In this document: piece after piece, positions 48,065-59,640 of the stretch
Layout of the letters: every line of letters begins with the position of its first letter
Position numbering within the stretch: position 1 is the first letter of the stretch
Sequence record: PQ287320.1
Reading direction: 5' to 3' (one strand)
DNA: 64,000 nucleotides
The notes under the pieces: model-generated
Databases searched by the model: none
The model's input: only the letters and a program-made list of their open reading frames with translations
What the model was told of the DNA's origin: nothing
Program-made: the position numbers and the translations under genes

Positions 48065-48633
48065 GCAGCTTCCTTGATTTCCCGAGCCCGCTCGGTCCAG
48101 ATCATCAGGTCGTAGTCGGCCGGGCTCATCCCGGCGGCGTCGGCAAGGCCCAGGAAGGCATCTTCCAGGCGACGATAGACCTTGGGGTTGCCCGGCGTGA
48201 CCTTGGGGGTCTCAACGCCCTTCTCGGCCAAATGCGCCAGGATGTGGGTGTCGAGCGCCGAGAGGCGCTGGTCGGGCCGCGAGTGGAGCAGGAAGAACCG
48301 GGCGGTCTTGGGGCCGACGCCGTGGATGGCCTCGAACTTCTCGATCGGGTCGCGCCGCAGGTCCAGCCCCCGGACGCTCTGGGTGAAGCAGGCCTCCAGG
48401 CGGGCGTACTGCCCGATCCCGAACATCTCCATGTAGCGCCGCAGCTTACCCTCGTAGATCGCGCAGCGCAGCTTGTCGAACGGCGAGCCGCCGACCATCG
48501 CATAGAGCATGCGTTCGAGCTTGGCGGCCTGGATGTCAGCAGTCTTGCCCGCGACGATGCAGCAGAACAGCCACCACTCTTCGAGTTCCGCGTCGGTGCG
48601 GTCGAACTTGGTGACGTCGCGGGGGTCGATCAT
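48061..48633 (-). CDS. HhH-GPD DNA glycosylase/AP lyase (8-oxoguanine glycosylase, Ogg-like)
   Basis: HhH motif IHGVGPKTARFFL with the catalytic Lys, and ALDTHIL with the catalytic Asp; Y..LE.AF. Confidence 0.75.
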   Translation of the reverse strand: MIDPRDVTKFDRTDAELEEWWLFCCIVAGKTADIQAAKLERMLYAMVGGSPFDKLRCAIYEGKLRRYMEMFGIGQYARLEACFTQSVRGLDLRRDPIEKFEAIHGVGPKTARFFLLHSRPDQRLSALDTHILAHLAEKGVETPKVTPGNPKVYRRLEDAFLGLADAAGMSPADYDLMIWTERAREIKEAA

Positions 48634-49103
48634 CTGGAGTGGTCCTTGAATTCCTGGTAGGTCCGGGCGTGCCGGGCTCCCTGCCACGTGATCTTGTAGC
48701 CGTCGACCTTGGCCCAGCCGCTACAGCAGGCCGCGCCGCAGGTGCAGCGCTTGTGGGCCTTCTGGACATGGTGGCGCTCCAGCAGCTTCTCCATGGCCGA
48801 GCCCTTGAACGGGACCGGCTCGGGGAAGGCCTCCTCGCTCCGCAGCGCCATTTCGATCAGCAGCCACTTGGGGCCGGCGACCTCGCACTTCTTGCAGAGA
48901 TGGGGCTCCAGGGCCAGCCGTTCGGCCTCGGCCTCGGCTTCCCTGTCGACCAGGGCCTCGAACTCCTCGTGGGTGTAGGCGCCGGTCAGGAAGCGCTCGA
49001 CGGTGACGTCCCGTTTGAGCTTGCGATTGCACTGCGAGCAGTTACACGAATAGGTGTAGGTCGACACGAACCGATCGATGTCGTCGAGGTTGCGAGACCT
49101 CAC
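48630..49103 (-). CDS. Hypothetical Cys-rich protein
   Basis: GTG 49103 overlaps the upstream stop; CNCSQC, CKKC and CTCGAACCS clusters. Confidence 0.6.
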   Translation of the reverse strand: MRSRNLDDIDRFVSTYTYSCNCSQCNRKLKRDVTVERFLTGAYTHEEFEALVDREAEAEAERLALEPHLCKKCEVAGPKWLLIEMALRSEEAFPEPVPFKGSAMEKLLERHHVQKAHKRCTCGAACCSGWAKVDGYKITWQGARHARTYQEFKDHSR

Positions 49104-49549
49104 AGGTGGGGCTCCGCTTCTTTGGCCATCCGGTCCAGTTCGCCGCGCGCGTGGAGCTTGCCGACCCGCATCAGGGCGATGACCTTCTGCTCGATATAGG
49201 CGGCCGTGGCGGGCGAGCGCACCGGAAGCTCCGACAGGCCGGTCCCGATCCCCTCGGAGGGCCAGATCACGATGCCGCCCTTGCGGACGTGCTCGAACAG
49301 CGGGCGCATGTCCTCGTCGATGATCCGGCACTGGGCGTCGACCGAGACCGGATCGTTGTCGAAGAAGTCGCTGGCGTGCATGCCCGGCGCGCGTTTGGTC
49401 GCCACGCCCACGGCGTTCGGCTCGCCGCGCATGTGGCCGGCCTGCCCGCCCATTCCCAGGCGCACGAGGTTGTCCCCGAAGACGTAGAGGACCTCGCGGT
49501 TGCGGTTGAGGTCTTCGCGGTAGATGCGGTGCTGGAACAGAACGGGCAT
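49100..49549 (-). CDS. Conserved phage hypothetical protein (VFGDN..GGQA..RGEPNA.G..TK motif)
   Basis: Recognisable widespread phage motif set; GIGTGLS loop. Confidence 0.7.
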   Translation of the reverse strand: MPVLFQHRIYREDLNRNREVLYVFGDNLVRLGMGGQAGHMRGEPNAVGVATKRAPGMHASDFFDNDPVSVDAQCRIIDEDMRPLFEHVRKGGIVIWPSEGIGTGLSELPVRSPATAAYIEQKVIALMRVGKLHARGELDRMAKEAEPHL

Positions 49550-49608
49550 GGTCTCGATCCTTGAAGGGTGAGGGGCCGGCGGGCCGGCCCCTCGGGTGCG
49601 GGTGAGGC

Positions 49609-51300
49609 TTACGACTTGGCCTGGAACGTCGCCACGTAGGCGGCGGCATAGGCTTGGTCGTAGAGGGCGATGGCGCTGTCCTCGGTGAGGTCCACGCCGC
49701 CGTCCTTGACGCCGTCGATGTCCAGGTTCTCGATGTCGTAGCGGCTGTCGCCGTTCTCGACGTTGAGATTGAACAAGCCGTCGTTCGTCGCGTCCGCCGC
49801 GCCTTCGGCCGCGCCCAGGGCCTTGATCGCGGCCACATACTGGCCCTTGACCTCGGTCATGAACGCGTCGTCATAGGCCGTGATGAACGACTCCTCGCTG
49901 AAGTCCAGGTCTTCCTCGATCTGCGAGTCGCTGACGTGATCGCGGCGGGCGCCGGCGTACTCGTCCAGTTCGATGATGTCCTTGGGCTTGCCGGCGATCT
50001 TGGCGAGTTCGGCCTGGGCGTCTTCGGCGCCCCAGGTCTTGGCGAGGTGCAGCGCCATCACCTTGTCCTGGGTCGGGAAGCCGTTGGCGTCCAGTTCCGG
50101 GGCCTGCGACGAGTCGCTGGCATCCGTCTGGTCGTCTTCGTCGCCGGCCGCCTGTTCGTCGTCAGCCTCGGCGTCGTCCCGCGATTGCGTGAAGCCCGCG
50201 CCGTAGCCCTTCACATACCCCTCGGAGTAGGCTTGCCGGGCCGAATCGGGGCCGTCGTTCAGTTCGTCCGGCATCATGAAAGACGCGTCGTACTCGTAGC
50301 CGTTCTGTTGGTCGCTTTCGCCGTCCTTGTAGCCGGCAGCCTCGCCCAGCGCCTTCCAGTCGGGCGTGACGGCGCCGGCCTCGGTGGTGTCGACCGGGGC
50401 ATTGACCTCGGCCGCGCCCGAGGCCTCGGCTTCCGGCGCCGTGGCCGTCACGGTGACGCCGTCGGCGACCGTGGCGTCGGTGGCGTCCTCGGGATCGTCC
50501 TGGACTTCGCTGGCGGTGTCAGCCTTGTCCTGCTCGGCAAAGCGCCGGTCGACGGCCGACGAGAAGAACTTCTCGGCGTCGGCTTCGGGGATGACGCCGT
50601 GGACGAACATCTTGCAGCAGCGCAGCTTGGCTTGGTTGTAGTCCACCGGGATGGCGGTGACGTCCTGGGGGTTGATCTCGACGATGATGATCTTGCCCCG
50701 GCCGCCGTGGAAGGCGCGCAGATAGTCGAACGAGCAGGCGTGCAGGCCCGACGAGCAGGTCTGGTTGCGGTTGGTGTCGCACTTGGCGCGGTCCATCTCG
50801 ACCGTCGAGCCGACCTTGTACTCCACGGTGTGGGAGTGAAGGTCGAAGAAGTCCTCGCCCACGCGCTTGAAGGCGTGGAAGTTGCCGTCCGGGGTCAGGG
50901 GCAGGTTGCCCTTCTCCAGGAAGGCGTAGAGGTCGGCGGCGATCGACTTGTCCGGGTTGAGGTGAACTTTCTCGATGAACTTGGTCAGCGGCTCGATGTC
51001 GAAGCCTTCGGCCAGGACGCGCTTGAAGGTCTCGGCCGCGATGTAGTCGACCACGTGCCCGTCCAGGCGCAGGCGATCGCGATCATCGATGATCACGCGG
51101 CCGAAGGACTGGGCCGCGACATAGGCGGCGACGTCGGCGATCAGGCGGATTTCGTCGAGGTCCTGCGGCTTGCGCTTGACGGCCTCTTCGAGCTTCTTGC
51201 CCTGTCCCGAGTTACGCGGGAAGGAGCGGTAGCGCCCGTCCAGCGTGATCGAGATGCGGTCTCCGGTGATAGTCGCCGAGACCCGAGATTGGGTGGACAT
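49609..51300 (-). CDS. rIIB: rIIB-like lysis-inhibition protein with an acidic C-terminal extension
   Basis: LYAFLE..LPLTPDGNFHAFKRV..D.HS..GSTVEM.R..CD.N....CSSGLHACS..YL..F..INPQDVTAIP.DY..KLRCC; adjacent to rIIA. Confidence 0.9.
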   Translation of the reverse strand: MSTQSRVSATITGDRISITLDGRYRSFPRNSGQGKKLEEAVKRKPQDLDEIRLIADVAAYVAAQSFGRVIIDDRDRLRLDGHVVDYIAAETFKRVLAEGFDIEPLTKFIEKVHLNPDKSIAADLYAFLEKGNLPLTPDGNFHAFKRVGEDFFDLHSHTVEYKVGSTVEMDRAKCDTNRNQTCSSGLHACSFDYLRAFHGGRGKIIIVEINPQDVTAIPVDYNQAKLRCCKMFVHGVIPEADAEKFFSSAVDRRFAEQDKADTASEVQDDPEDATDATVADGVTVTATAPEAEASGAAEVNAPVDTTEAGAVTPDWKALGEAAGYKDGESDQQNGYEYDASFMMPDELNDGPDSARQAYSEGYVKGYGAGFTQSRDDAEADDEQAAGDEDDQTDASDSSQAPELDANGFPTQDKVMALHLAKTWGAEDAQAELAKIAGKPKDIIELDEYAGARRDHVSDSQIEEDLDFSEESFITAYDDAFMTEVKGQYVAAIKALGAAEGAADATNDGLFNLNVENGDSRYDIENLDIDGVKDGGVDLTEDSAIALYDQAYAAAYVATFQAKS

Positions 51301-51321
51301 GGACGTCTCCTTGCAGCGGCT

Positions 51322-53432
51322 TTAGTGGCCGAACGTCATGGTGAGGGGAATGGCCCGCAGGAGGCCCGCCAGAGCCTTGGTGCAGGCCTCGACCTGCTCC
51401 TTGCTGTTGGCGTTCGACAGGTTCTCGACGAACTTGCGAATGGGGTGATTGTAGCTCTTGAAGAGCAGGTTGTAGCCCTCCTCGAAGGCCACGCAGGCGG
51501 CCGACTTCGGCGGCGCCTGGAAGTTCCCGTCGACGTCGTAGAGCGAGCGGATATAGGTGCGCTCACGCTCGTTCCAGCCGTGGACCTTGGCCACCAGGAA
51601 GGGCTTCATCGCCACGAAATAGCTGGCGAGCCCGGACTTCATCCGGCCCAGGGCGTCGAAGTCGGCCTCGCACTGCTCGATCGCGCGCCCGAAGAAGGAC
51701 ATGCCGGTCGAGGACGACGACAGCTTGCCCGCCAGATTGACGATGTCGTCCAGCGAGACCTTGTGCTCGTCCGCCAGCTTGCCGGCGATCGCGTCCTTCA
51801 GCGAGGGAATCTTGGCGTCCTCGACGTGCTTGAGCGCGGTCGGCGAGGCGATGTAGACCTGCTTGATCCCGAACTTGCTGGCCACGACGAAGGTGTCTTC
51901 CGGGCGCCGGCGGTACTGGTCCGACGACACCCAGGCGGTCTCAGGCGCGAACGCAACCTCGGTCACGGCCTTCTGCTCGCCGGCGCGCTTGGCCAGGGCC
52001 AGCCCCCGGATCGGCGGGACGTAGACGGTCTTGGAACCCTTGGGCGGGGCGGCGCGCGGCACGTTGCCCCGCAGATCGTCGATCGGGAGTTCGATGAAGG
52101 TCGCCTTGGGGAGGGTGGCGTCCCAGAAGGCCTTGGGCTTGTCGAAGGCCAGGAGGAATTCGCCGCGCTTGAGCTTCTTGCTCTCCAGGTAGAGCCGGAA
52201 GAGCCGGGCCAGACGGCGGGTCTCGCTCTGGGAGAACTCCTTCTTGGACTGGTCGTCGCGGGAGGGATCGAGCAGTTCGCTGATGTCGCGGACGACGTAG
52301 AACGAGCGTTCGGTCTTGCTCCGCAGGTCGATGGTGTTCTCGATCCGGTAGCCCCAGCGCTCGCGGTAGTCGTCCATGCTGGCGCTGTAGACGCAGGCGA
52401 TGTCGGGCAGCGAGATGGTGGTTCCGCTCAGGCCCGTCAGCGGGTGGGTCACCGTCTTGAAAAGGAAGTGCGGCTTGATCTTGTTGTAGGTGTCGAAGAA
52501 CTCGACCACCGATTCGATGTCCTTGACCTTGTCCCAGATCACGTCCTCGACCTCGGCGACGATGGCGGCGATCTTGTCGTTGAGGAGTTGGACCGTCTCG
52601 GGCGGTACTGGATTTCTTCGCGCGACGGGACCGGCTCGACCGAGCCGATCGGCACGGTGATCAGCCACTTGCGGCCGGAATCGTTCTGGAGGGCAAGGCC
52701 GCTCTTGGAGGCCAGGGGGTAGATGACGCAGCCTTGGCGGATGTTCCAGGTCGCCGGCAGGGCCGAGCCCTCATAGGCGGCCCAGGTGCCGTCCTTGCCC
52801 TCGAACTGCGCCGTGCCGAGGCCCGCCAGTTCGATGTTGCTGTCGAACATCGGCTCAAAGCCCAGGGCGATGTTGCGCACGGCCTTCTCGAAGGCCTGAA
52901 AGTCCTTGGGCTCGACCGCCACGGTGACGCGCACGCCGCGCGGCTCGGCGCAGTCCTCGGTCCCCTGGAGCATGATCTTGGGGGTCCCATTGACCCCGAT
53001 GGCGGCGGTGTAGTGGCGCACCCGCTCGCCGTCATAGCACGAGAGCGAGAACTGGTCGGCATAGGCGAACGGGCTCTTGGACCCCAGGCCGAACGCCCCG
53101 ACCAGATCGTCGGTCTCGTCCTTGTCCGACTCGAACAGGGTCGAGTAGAGGTGCATGACCTTGGCGTGGTCCATCCCGACGCCGTAGTCGCGAACGTAGA
53201 ATTCCGGGCGCGTCATGTTCGGGACGTTGATGTAGAACGTCCCGTCGTAGCAGGCCGACAGTTGGCTGTCGTAGGCGTTGGTCGCAAGCTCGCGCACCAT
53301 CGAGCCGATCTTGTCCGAGTAGAGGCCGTCGATCAGCATCCGGAAGGCCTTGGCGTTGGCCTTGATCTTGAAATCCTGTTCCTCCTCGACGCCGATGGTT
53401 TCGAGGTGCTTGGCTTCGCTAGACAGACGCAT
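51322..53432 (-). CDS. rIIA: rIIA-like protein (GHKL ATPase N-domain); 1-nt break at ~52625
   Basis: KAFRMLIDGLYSDKI..VRELATNAYD, VRDYGVGM, GAFGLGSKSPFAY.DQF and GVRVTV. Confidence 0.9.
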
Positions 53433-53531
53433 CAGACGCTCCGGAGGCAGGGACGCAAAGGGTTAAGAGGAACTTGACGGCCTTCGTAGCGAGGGCTTCC
53501 GGTTCTGTCAACACACTGCGGCCGGATTTTT

Positions 53532-53570
53532 GGTCGTGAATCTTGACGCTCGGAGGTGATCCGGTACAAT
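53532..53570 (+). promoter_or_regulatory. Operator plus promoter TTGACG-N16-TACAAT
   Basis: GGTCGTGAATCTTGACG 53532-53548; TACAAT 53565-53570. Confidence 0.75.
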
Positions 53571-53576
53571 TTGATC

Positions 53577-53810
53577 ATGCGCAACATCACGGCTGAAGCC
53601 AGCCATACGATTCGGAAATGCACCTCCGAGGACTACCCGTGGCCCGAACGCGGCTCGGAAGGGTGCGACTGCCGCGAGCCGTCGAGCAACCCGGCCCGCG
53701 ACTTCATGCTCCTGGTCGACACGCGCAACGTAGTTCAATGGTACGCGAGGATGACATGCCCGATCCACGGCCCGAAGATCACGGACGTCGAAACAAAATC
53801 CACGACCTGA
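53577..53810 (+). CDS. Hypothetical small Cys-containing protein
   Basis: ATG downstream of the promoter; CDC and CPIHG motifs. Confidence 0.5.
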   Translation: MRNITAEASHTIRKCTSEDYPWPERGSEGCDCREPSSNPARDFMLLVDTRNVVQWYARMTCPIHGPKITDVETKSTT

Positions 53811-54157
53811 TCATCGCCGATCCCCGCGCGGACGAGCGCTACACCCGCAAGCTGAGCAACCGCGACAAGGCCGCCTTCGTCTGCGGCGTCATCGGCCATC
53901 CCCCCGCCGCCTTCGATCTTGATCTCCCCTTCCCGGTCGAGGACTGGATCGCCTCGGACGACAACTCCCTGGTGGTCGCCGGCCTCTACCTGTCGGACCT
54001 GCGGGTCCAGTTCTACGAGGCCCTGGAGGTCAAGCCCGACGACGAGGCCGGCTTCGTCCGCCAGGGCGAGGCCGAGTTCTGGTATCACGGCTTCAACGTC
54101 ATGGTCGAGCGGCGCGCCCACGGCGTCCTGGTCACCGACGGGCGCGTGCTCCATTGA
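53756..54157 (+). CDS. Hypothetical protein
   Basis: ATG 53756 after gaggat; strong GC3 bias. Confidence 0.6.
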   Translation: MPDPRPEDHGRRNKIHDLIIADPRADERYTRKLSNRDKAAFVCGVIGHPPAAFDLDLPFPVEDWIASDDNSLVVAGLYLSDLRVQFYEALEVKPDDEAGFVRQGEAEFWYHGFNVMVERRAHGVLVTDGRVLH

Positions 54158-54528
54158 CCACGATCCTGGTTCACGGCGTCCTGGAAGGCAACTGTGTCGG
54201 CCGCTTCGTGCGCGCCGGCCTGACCTTCGACCTCATCCGACCCGGCTTCGATTCGCAGGGGAACAAGAAGCAGACCTGGACCCAGGTCTTGCATGAAGGC
54301 GTTCCGATCTACGAGGCCAAGGTCCGCACCGAGGTCGAGAACGTCATTGATCGGTTTGACGATCTCTGGGAGGTCCATATCGGCGAGGACGAGGACCTCC
54401 TGAAGAAGGCCCTGGCCGCCGTCAAGAAGGAGCGGGCCTCCAAGTTCATGGACGGCAAATCCGGCGTCGCCCCCGCGCCGGCCCTGGCGCATGACGAGCG
54501 CCCGGCGCCTAAAACCTACGTCGGATAA
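54154..54528 (+). CDS. Hypothetical protein
   Basis: Coupled start overlapping the upstream stop; 124 aa. Confidence 0.6.
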   Translation: MTTILVHGVLEGNCVGRFVRAGLTFDLIRPGFDSQGNKKQTWTQVLHEGVPIYEAKVRTEVENVIDRFDDLWEVHIGEDEDLLKKALAAVKKERASKFMDGKSGVAPAPALAHDERPAPKTYVG

Positions 54529-54548
54529 TGTTGGCGTTAGAGGGTTGA

Positions 54549-55629
<1,081 letters not shown>

Positions 55630-55633
<4 letters not shown>

Positions 55634-55890
55634 AGGAGTACCGTTTGACCCCTGCTTCCGAAAAGCCCGCCTACGCCCTCCGCCACCAGGGTCACCTCTT
55701 CGAGGTCTACAAGGCCCCGGAGGGACACACCCACCAGTTCGTCGGCTACTGCGACGGCGAACTGAGCGTCAGCGCCAACCGCGTCGACGTGGCGATCCGT
55801 GCGCTGGCCCTGAAGCATGAGCCGACCGCCGAGGTGATCGACTTCACTGCCTACCGCCTTCAGCGCCTGGGGGAAGCCCTCTCGGCCTAG
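55630..55890 (+). CDS. Hypothetical protein
   Basis: GTGA-coupled 86-aa ORF. Confidence 0.6.
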
Positions 55891-55905
55891 GCCGTGATTT
55901 ATGAC

Positions 55906-55946
55906 TGTCATGAATCTTGACACCTGTCGGGATCGCGGGCTAGATG
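55906..55946 (+). promoter_or_regulatory. Operator plus promoter for the primase gene
   Basis: TGTCATGAATCTTGACA 55906-55922; GCTAGATG 55939-55946. Confidence 0.65.
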
Positions 55947-55980
55947 GCTCCCGCCTTTCACCCCCGTCCCGACAGGCTTC

Positions 55981-58900
55981 ATGTCCAACTCTTTCGATTT
56001 CCTCGCCGCGCTGTTCGCGGCGCATGAAGGCCCGATCGCCTTCGAGCACGACAACAAGACCGTCAAGACCCGCGACCCCGATTTCGTCGTGGATCACGCC
56101 GGCGCCCTTTACGTCTCCCCGTCCACGCCGGACGGCCGTGTCGCCTTCGTCTTCGGCTCTGACCAGGACGTCGACGCCGACACCTGGAAGGACTTCCGCC
56201 TCGAACCGACCGCTGTCCTCTACAAGGACAAGACCGGCGACCTGATCGTCTGCTGGGCCTTCGAGGAAACCCAGGAGCCCGACGATGTGCGCGCCCTGGC
56301 CTCGGCGCTCGGCATGGCCGACCTGGAGGAGCCCGTGCCGCTGCCGGGCACCAACGGCTGGGCTCTGGTCCACGCCGACGAGGGAATCTACTACCAGACC
56401 GACGAACTCGAACGCGTGTACGCGCCGACCAAGAAGGTTGGCTATCCCGACGCGCCGAAGAACCGGCAGGATGACCGGCAAAAACCCGACACGAAAGCGG
56501 CGCAAGGCTCGGAAAAGGCTGGGAAAAAGGCCACTTCCAAGACCGGCAAAAAGACCGGCGCCGATGATCCCCCGTGGGATGAGGACCTGGGCTCCTACGC
56601 CGATGCCAAGGTCATCACCCGCTACGACGAGAACGACCCGGTCCTGGCCCAGGACCTGATCGTCTCGGTCGGGGCCAACAGCAAGTCGATGAACTGGCAA
56701 CCCAAGACCATGCCCCTCGGGGCGTTCGTCGCCCAGTTCTGCCAGCACCGCGAGGGCGCCAAGGACGGCGTCTCCTTCGTGCTGGGCGACATGGTCCCCG
56801 GCCAGCGCAAGAAGACCTCGATCAAGGCCCTCTACGCGGTGGGCCTGGACGTCGACGTCGGCATGTCCTCGGCGGCGATCGACGCGGCGCTGAAGAAGTT
56901 CGGCCGCATGGCGATCCGCTACACCACCCACTCGCACCTGAAGGCCATGACGGACGTCAAGAAGGACGTCCTGGTCAAGTGGTGCGACCAGGAAGCCGAC
57001 GGCGCCGACTTCGAGGACGACGCCATCCTCCAGCGCTACTTCCTGGAGCGCGAACTGATGTCGCCCGAGATCGCCTCGACCGTGACGTTCCATGACGTGG
57101 AGCACAAGGACGGCGGCATCATGGTCACCGTCAAGCACGCCCCGATCCCCAAGCACCGGATCATCGTCCCGCTGGCGGCGGCCTTCGACATCTCCAAGGT
57201 CGCCCCGACCCAGAAGGAGGCGATGGACAAGTGGGCCAAGGTTCCCACCGCCCTGGCGCGGGAACTGAACGTCCCGCTCGACAAGTCGTGCCTGGACCCC
57301 TCGCGCCTCTTCTATCTCCCCCGCCACGCCAAGGGCAAGCCGTTCGAGATCAGCCTGTTCGGCGGCGATCTGTTCGACTGGACGACCCTGACCCTGGACG
57401 ATCCGTTCGAGGCCGAGATCGCCAAGCTGACCAAGGGGACCTCCAAGTCCAAGACCGAGGCCGGCCGCGCCCTGGGCCGTTGGTCGATGAAGGCCGCCCA
57501 CGGCTTCCAGGTCGTCCAGGTCCTGGAAGAGCACGCCTCCGATAAGCTGCGCCACCAAGTGTCGGCCGGCTATGAGATCGAGTGCCCGTTCGACGAGCTT
57601 CACTCCAACGCCGGCGACACCGAGGACCGGGCCTGCTTGGCGGTCAACGCCGGCGATGGTCCCAGCGAGTGGTTCACCGTCCGCTGCCAGCACGAGTCCT
57701 GCCGCGAGTTCACCAACCTCGACATGCTCGGGAAGATGGTCGAGGACGGCTGGTTCGATCGCGCCGTCCTGGACGACGAGTCCTACAACATCGTCGAGGT
57801 CGAGAACGCGCCCAACCCCGAGGCCGCCAAGAAGATCGTCAAGGAGGACAAGGCCAAGGAAGCCTACATGCAGGCGATCTTTGACCTCCCCGAGAAGGAC
57901 TTCACCGACGCCGACGTCGAGCGCGTCCTCAAGGTCTGCTGCGAGGCCAACCTCGGGACCCTGGCCGAGAACAAGGCCAAGGAAGCCCTGAAGGCGCGCC
58001 TGGGGGTCAACGGGACCGTCATCAACAAGATGTTCAAGGACATGAAGGCGCAGATCGCCCGTGAACAGAACACCGAGGGCAACGTCAAGGACCCGCTGGG
58101 CCGGAGCGTGTTCTCCTACACCGGCGAGTTCAACTTCGACGAGGCCTTTTCCTGCTGCTTCCGCGCCCTGACCAACACCAACCGCGAGAAGGACCAGCCG
58201 ATCTTCTCGTGCTTGCAGGACAAGCCCATGCGGATGGCCATGGAGGAGGACGGGCGCCTGAAGTTCACCGAGATCGGGGCCTCGGCCGCGATGAACGCCG
58301 AACTGAACGAACTGGTGACCTTCGTGCGCAAGAACGAGCAGGGCCAGGGCGCGCGCGGCCGGGTTCCTGACGACGTGGCCCGCCACGTCTACGAGAAGGC
58401 CTACACGCGCCTGCCGCGCACGCCGGAGATCATGTACACCCCGATCTACACCGCCGACGGCAAGCTGATCCGCAAGCCCGGCTGGTATCAGGACCTCGAC
58501 ATCATGATGGCCGACATCGGCTTCGACGTCCCCAAGGTCTACAGCGATCCCTCGCCCGAGGAGGTCGAGGACGCGGTGAGGCTTCTGACCGACGAGGTCC
58601 TGGTCGACTTCCCGTTCCTGGACTACGATCTGGCCGGCGAGGAGCGGCGCGAGCCGTCGATGGCCAACGCCATGGCGATGCTGATCACCCCGTTCATGCG
58701 CCGCATGATCGATAGCTGCACGCCGGTCTTCTTCGTCTCCAAGCCGACCCCTGGCACGGGCGGGACCTTCCTGGGGATGGTTCCGATCATCCTGTTCGAT
58801 GGCGAAGAGCCGGCTCCGATCCGCTATACTCAGAACGAAGAAGAAATGCAGAAGGCTCTGTTGGCCTCTCTGATGAATTCGAAAGCCTATCTTTTCTTCG

Positions 58901-59640
58901 ATGACGTCAAAGAATTTAACAACAGAGTGCTTTTGATGGCGATTACTTCCCGCTATATTGGCGGGCGGGTGCTGGGCTCCTCGAAGAATATCGAGATGCC
59001 TAACAACTCGATCTGGATCGCCACTGGGAACAACCCGCTGATCTCGTCGGAAATGGCGCGGCGGGTGGTCGACATCCGTCTCAACGCCAAGACCTCGGAC
59101 ATCCAGAAGCGGACCTACAAGCACCCCGACTACGTCCAGTGGCTCAAGGCCAATCGCGGCGAGATCGTCCACGCGATCCTGACCCTGATCGCCCACTGGA
59201 TCAACTGCGGGATGCCGAAGTTCACCAAGCGCAAGCGCGCCTCGTTCGAGGACTGGTCGGAGAAGGTCGGCGGCGTGCTGATGTGCGCCAACATCGACGG
59301 TTTCCTCGACAACCGCCGCTCGGTGGCCGCCGACATGGACGAGGCCGCGATCAAGCAGTTCGTCCGCGACTGGCTCCTGAAGTGGGGCGAGAAGACCCCG
59401 GTCCGCATCGCCGAACTGTGGAGCTACGCCTTCGACATGGAACTCGACATCGTCTCTGGCGCGAACGACGACCAGAAGAAGTCGCGCTTCATGCGGATTC
59501 TCCCGACGCTGGACGGCCGGACCTTCAAGCTCCCCAAGGGGGACTGCATGGTTCGCGCCGGCGCCGACAGCGACGGTAACGTGACCTACCAACTGGAGCG
59601 GCTGACCGTTCCGGAGGAGGAGGGCCTGGAGATCGCCTGA
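55981..59640 (+). CDS. Large primase-helicase-like replication protein
   Basis: Prim-pol-type LDVD..YTTHSH..HRIIVPL..D.S....SRLFYLP; Zn-binding CPF..H..C.H..C; P-loop region KPTPGTGGT and Walker-B-like LFFDD; IATGNN..RR. Confidence 0.75.
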   Translation: MSNSFDFLAALFAAHEGPIAFEHDNKTVKTRDPDFVVDHAGALYVSPSTPDGRVAFVFGSDQDVDADTWKDFRLEPTAVLYKDKTGDLIVCWAFEETQEPDDVRALASALGMADLEEPVPLPGTNGWALVHADEGIYYQTDELERVYAPTKKVGYPDAPKNRQDDRQKPDTKAAQGSEKAGKKATSKTGKKTGADDPPWDEDLGSYADAKVITRYDENDPVLAQDLIVSVGANSKSMNWQPKTMPLGAFVAQFCQHREGAKDGVSFVLGDMVPGQRKKTSIKALYAVGLDVDVGMSSAAIDAALKKFGRMAIRYTTHSHLKAMTDVKKDVLVKWCDQEADGADFEDDAILQRYFLERELMSPEIASTVTFHDVEHKDGGIMVTVKHAPIPKHRIIVPLAAAFDISKVAPTQKEAMDKWAKVPTALARELNVPLDKSCLDPSRLFYLPRHAKGKPFEISLFGGDLFDWTTLTLDDPFEAEIAKLTKGTSKSKTEAGRALGRWSMKAAHGFQVVQVLEEHASDKLRHQVSAGYEIECPFDELHSNAGDTEDRACLAVNAGDGPSEWFTVRCQHESCREFTNLDMLGKMVEDGWFDRAVLDDESYNIVEVENAPNPEAAKKIVKEDKAKEAYMQAIFDLPEKDFTDADVERVLKVCCEANLGTLAENKAKEALKARLGVNGTVINKMFKDMKAQIAREQNTEGNVKDPLGRSVFSYTGEFNFDEAFSCCFRALTNTNREKDQPIFSCLQDKPMRMAMEEDGRLKFTEIGASAAMNAELNELVTFVRKNEQGQGARGRVPDDVARHVYEKAYTRLPRTPEIMYTPIYTADGKLIRKPGWYQDLDIMMADIGFDVPKVYSDPSPEEVEDAVRLLTDEVLVDFPFLDYDLAGEERREPSMANAMAMLITPFMRRMIDSCTPVFFVSKPTPGTGGTFLGMVPIILFDGEEPAPIRYTQNEEEMQKALLASLMNSKAYLFFDDVKEFNNRVLLMAITSRYIGGRVLGSSKNIEMPNNSIWIATGNNPLISSEMARRVVDIRLNAKTSDIQKRTYKHPDYVQWLKANRGEIVHAILTLIAHWINCGMPKFTKRKRASFEDWSEKVGGVLMCANIDGFLDNRRSVAADMDEAAIKQFVRDWLLKWGEKTPVRIAELWSYAFDMELDIVSGANDDQKKSRFMRILPTLDGRTFKLPKGDCMVRAGADSDGNVTYQLERLTVPEEEGLEIA

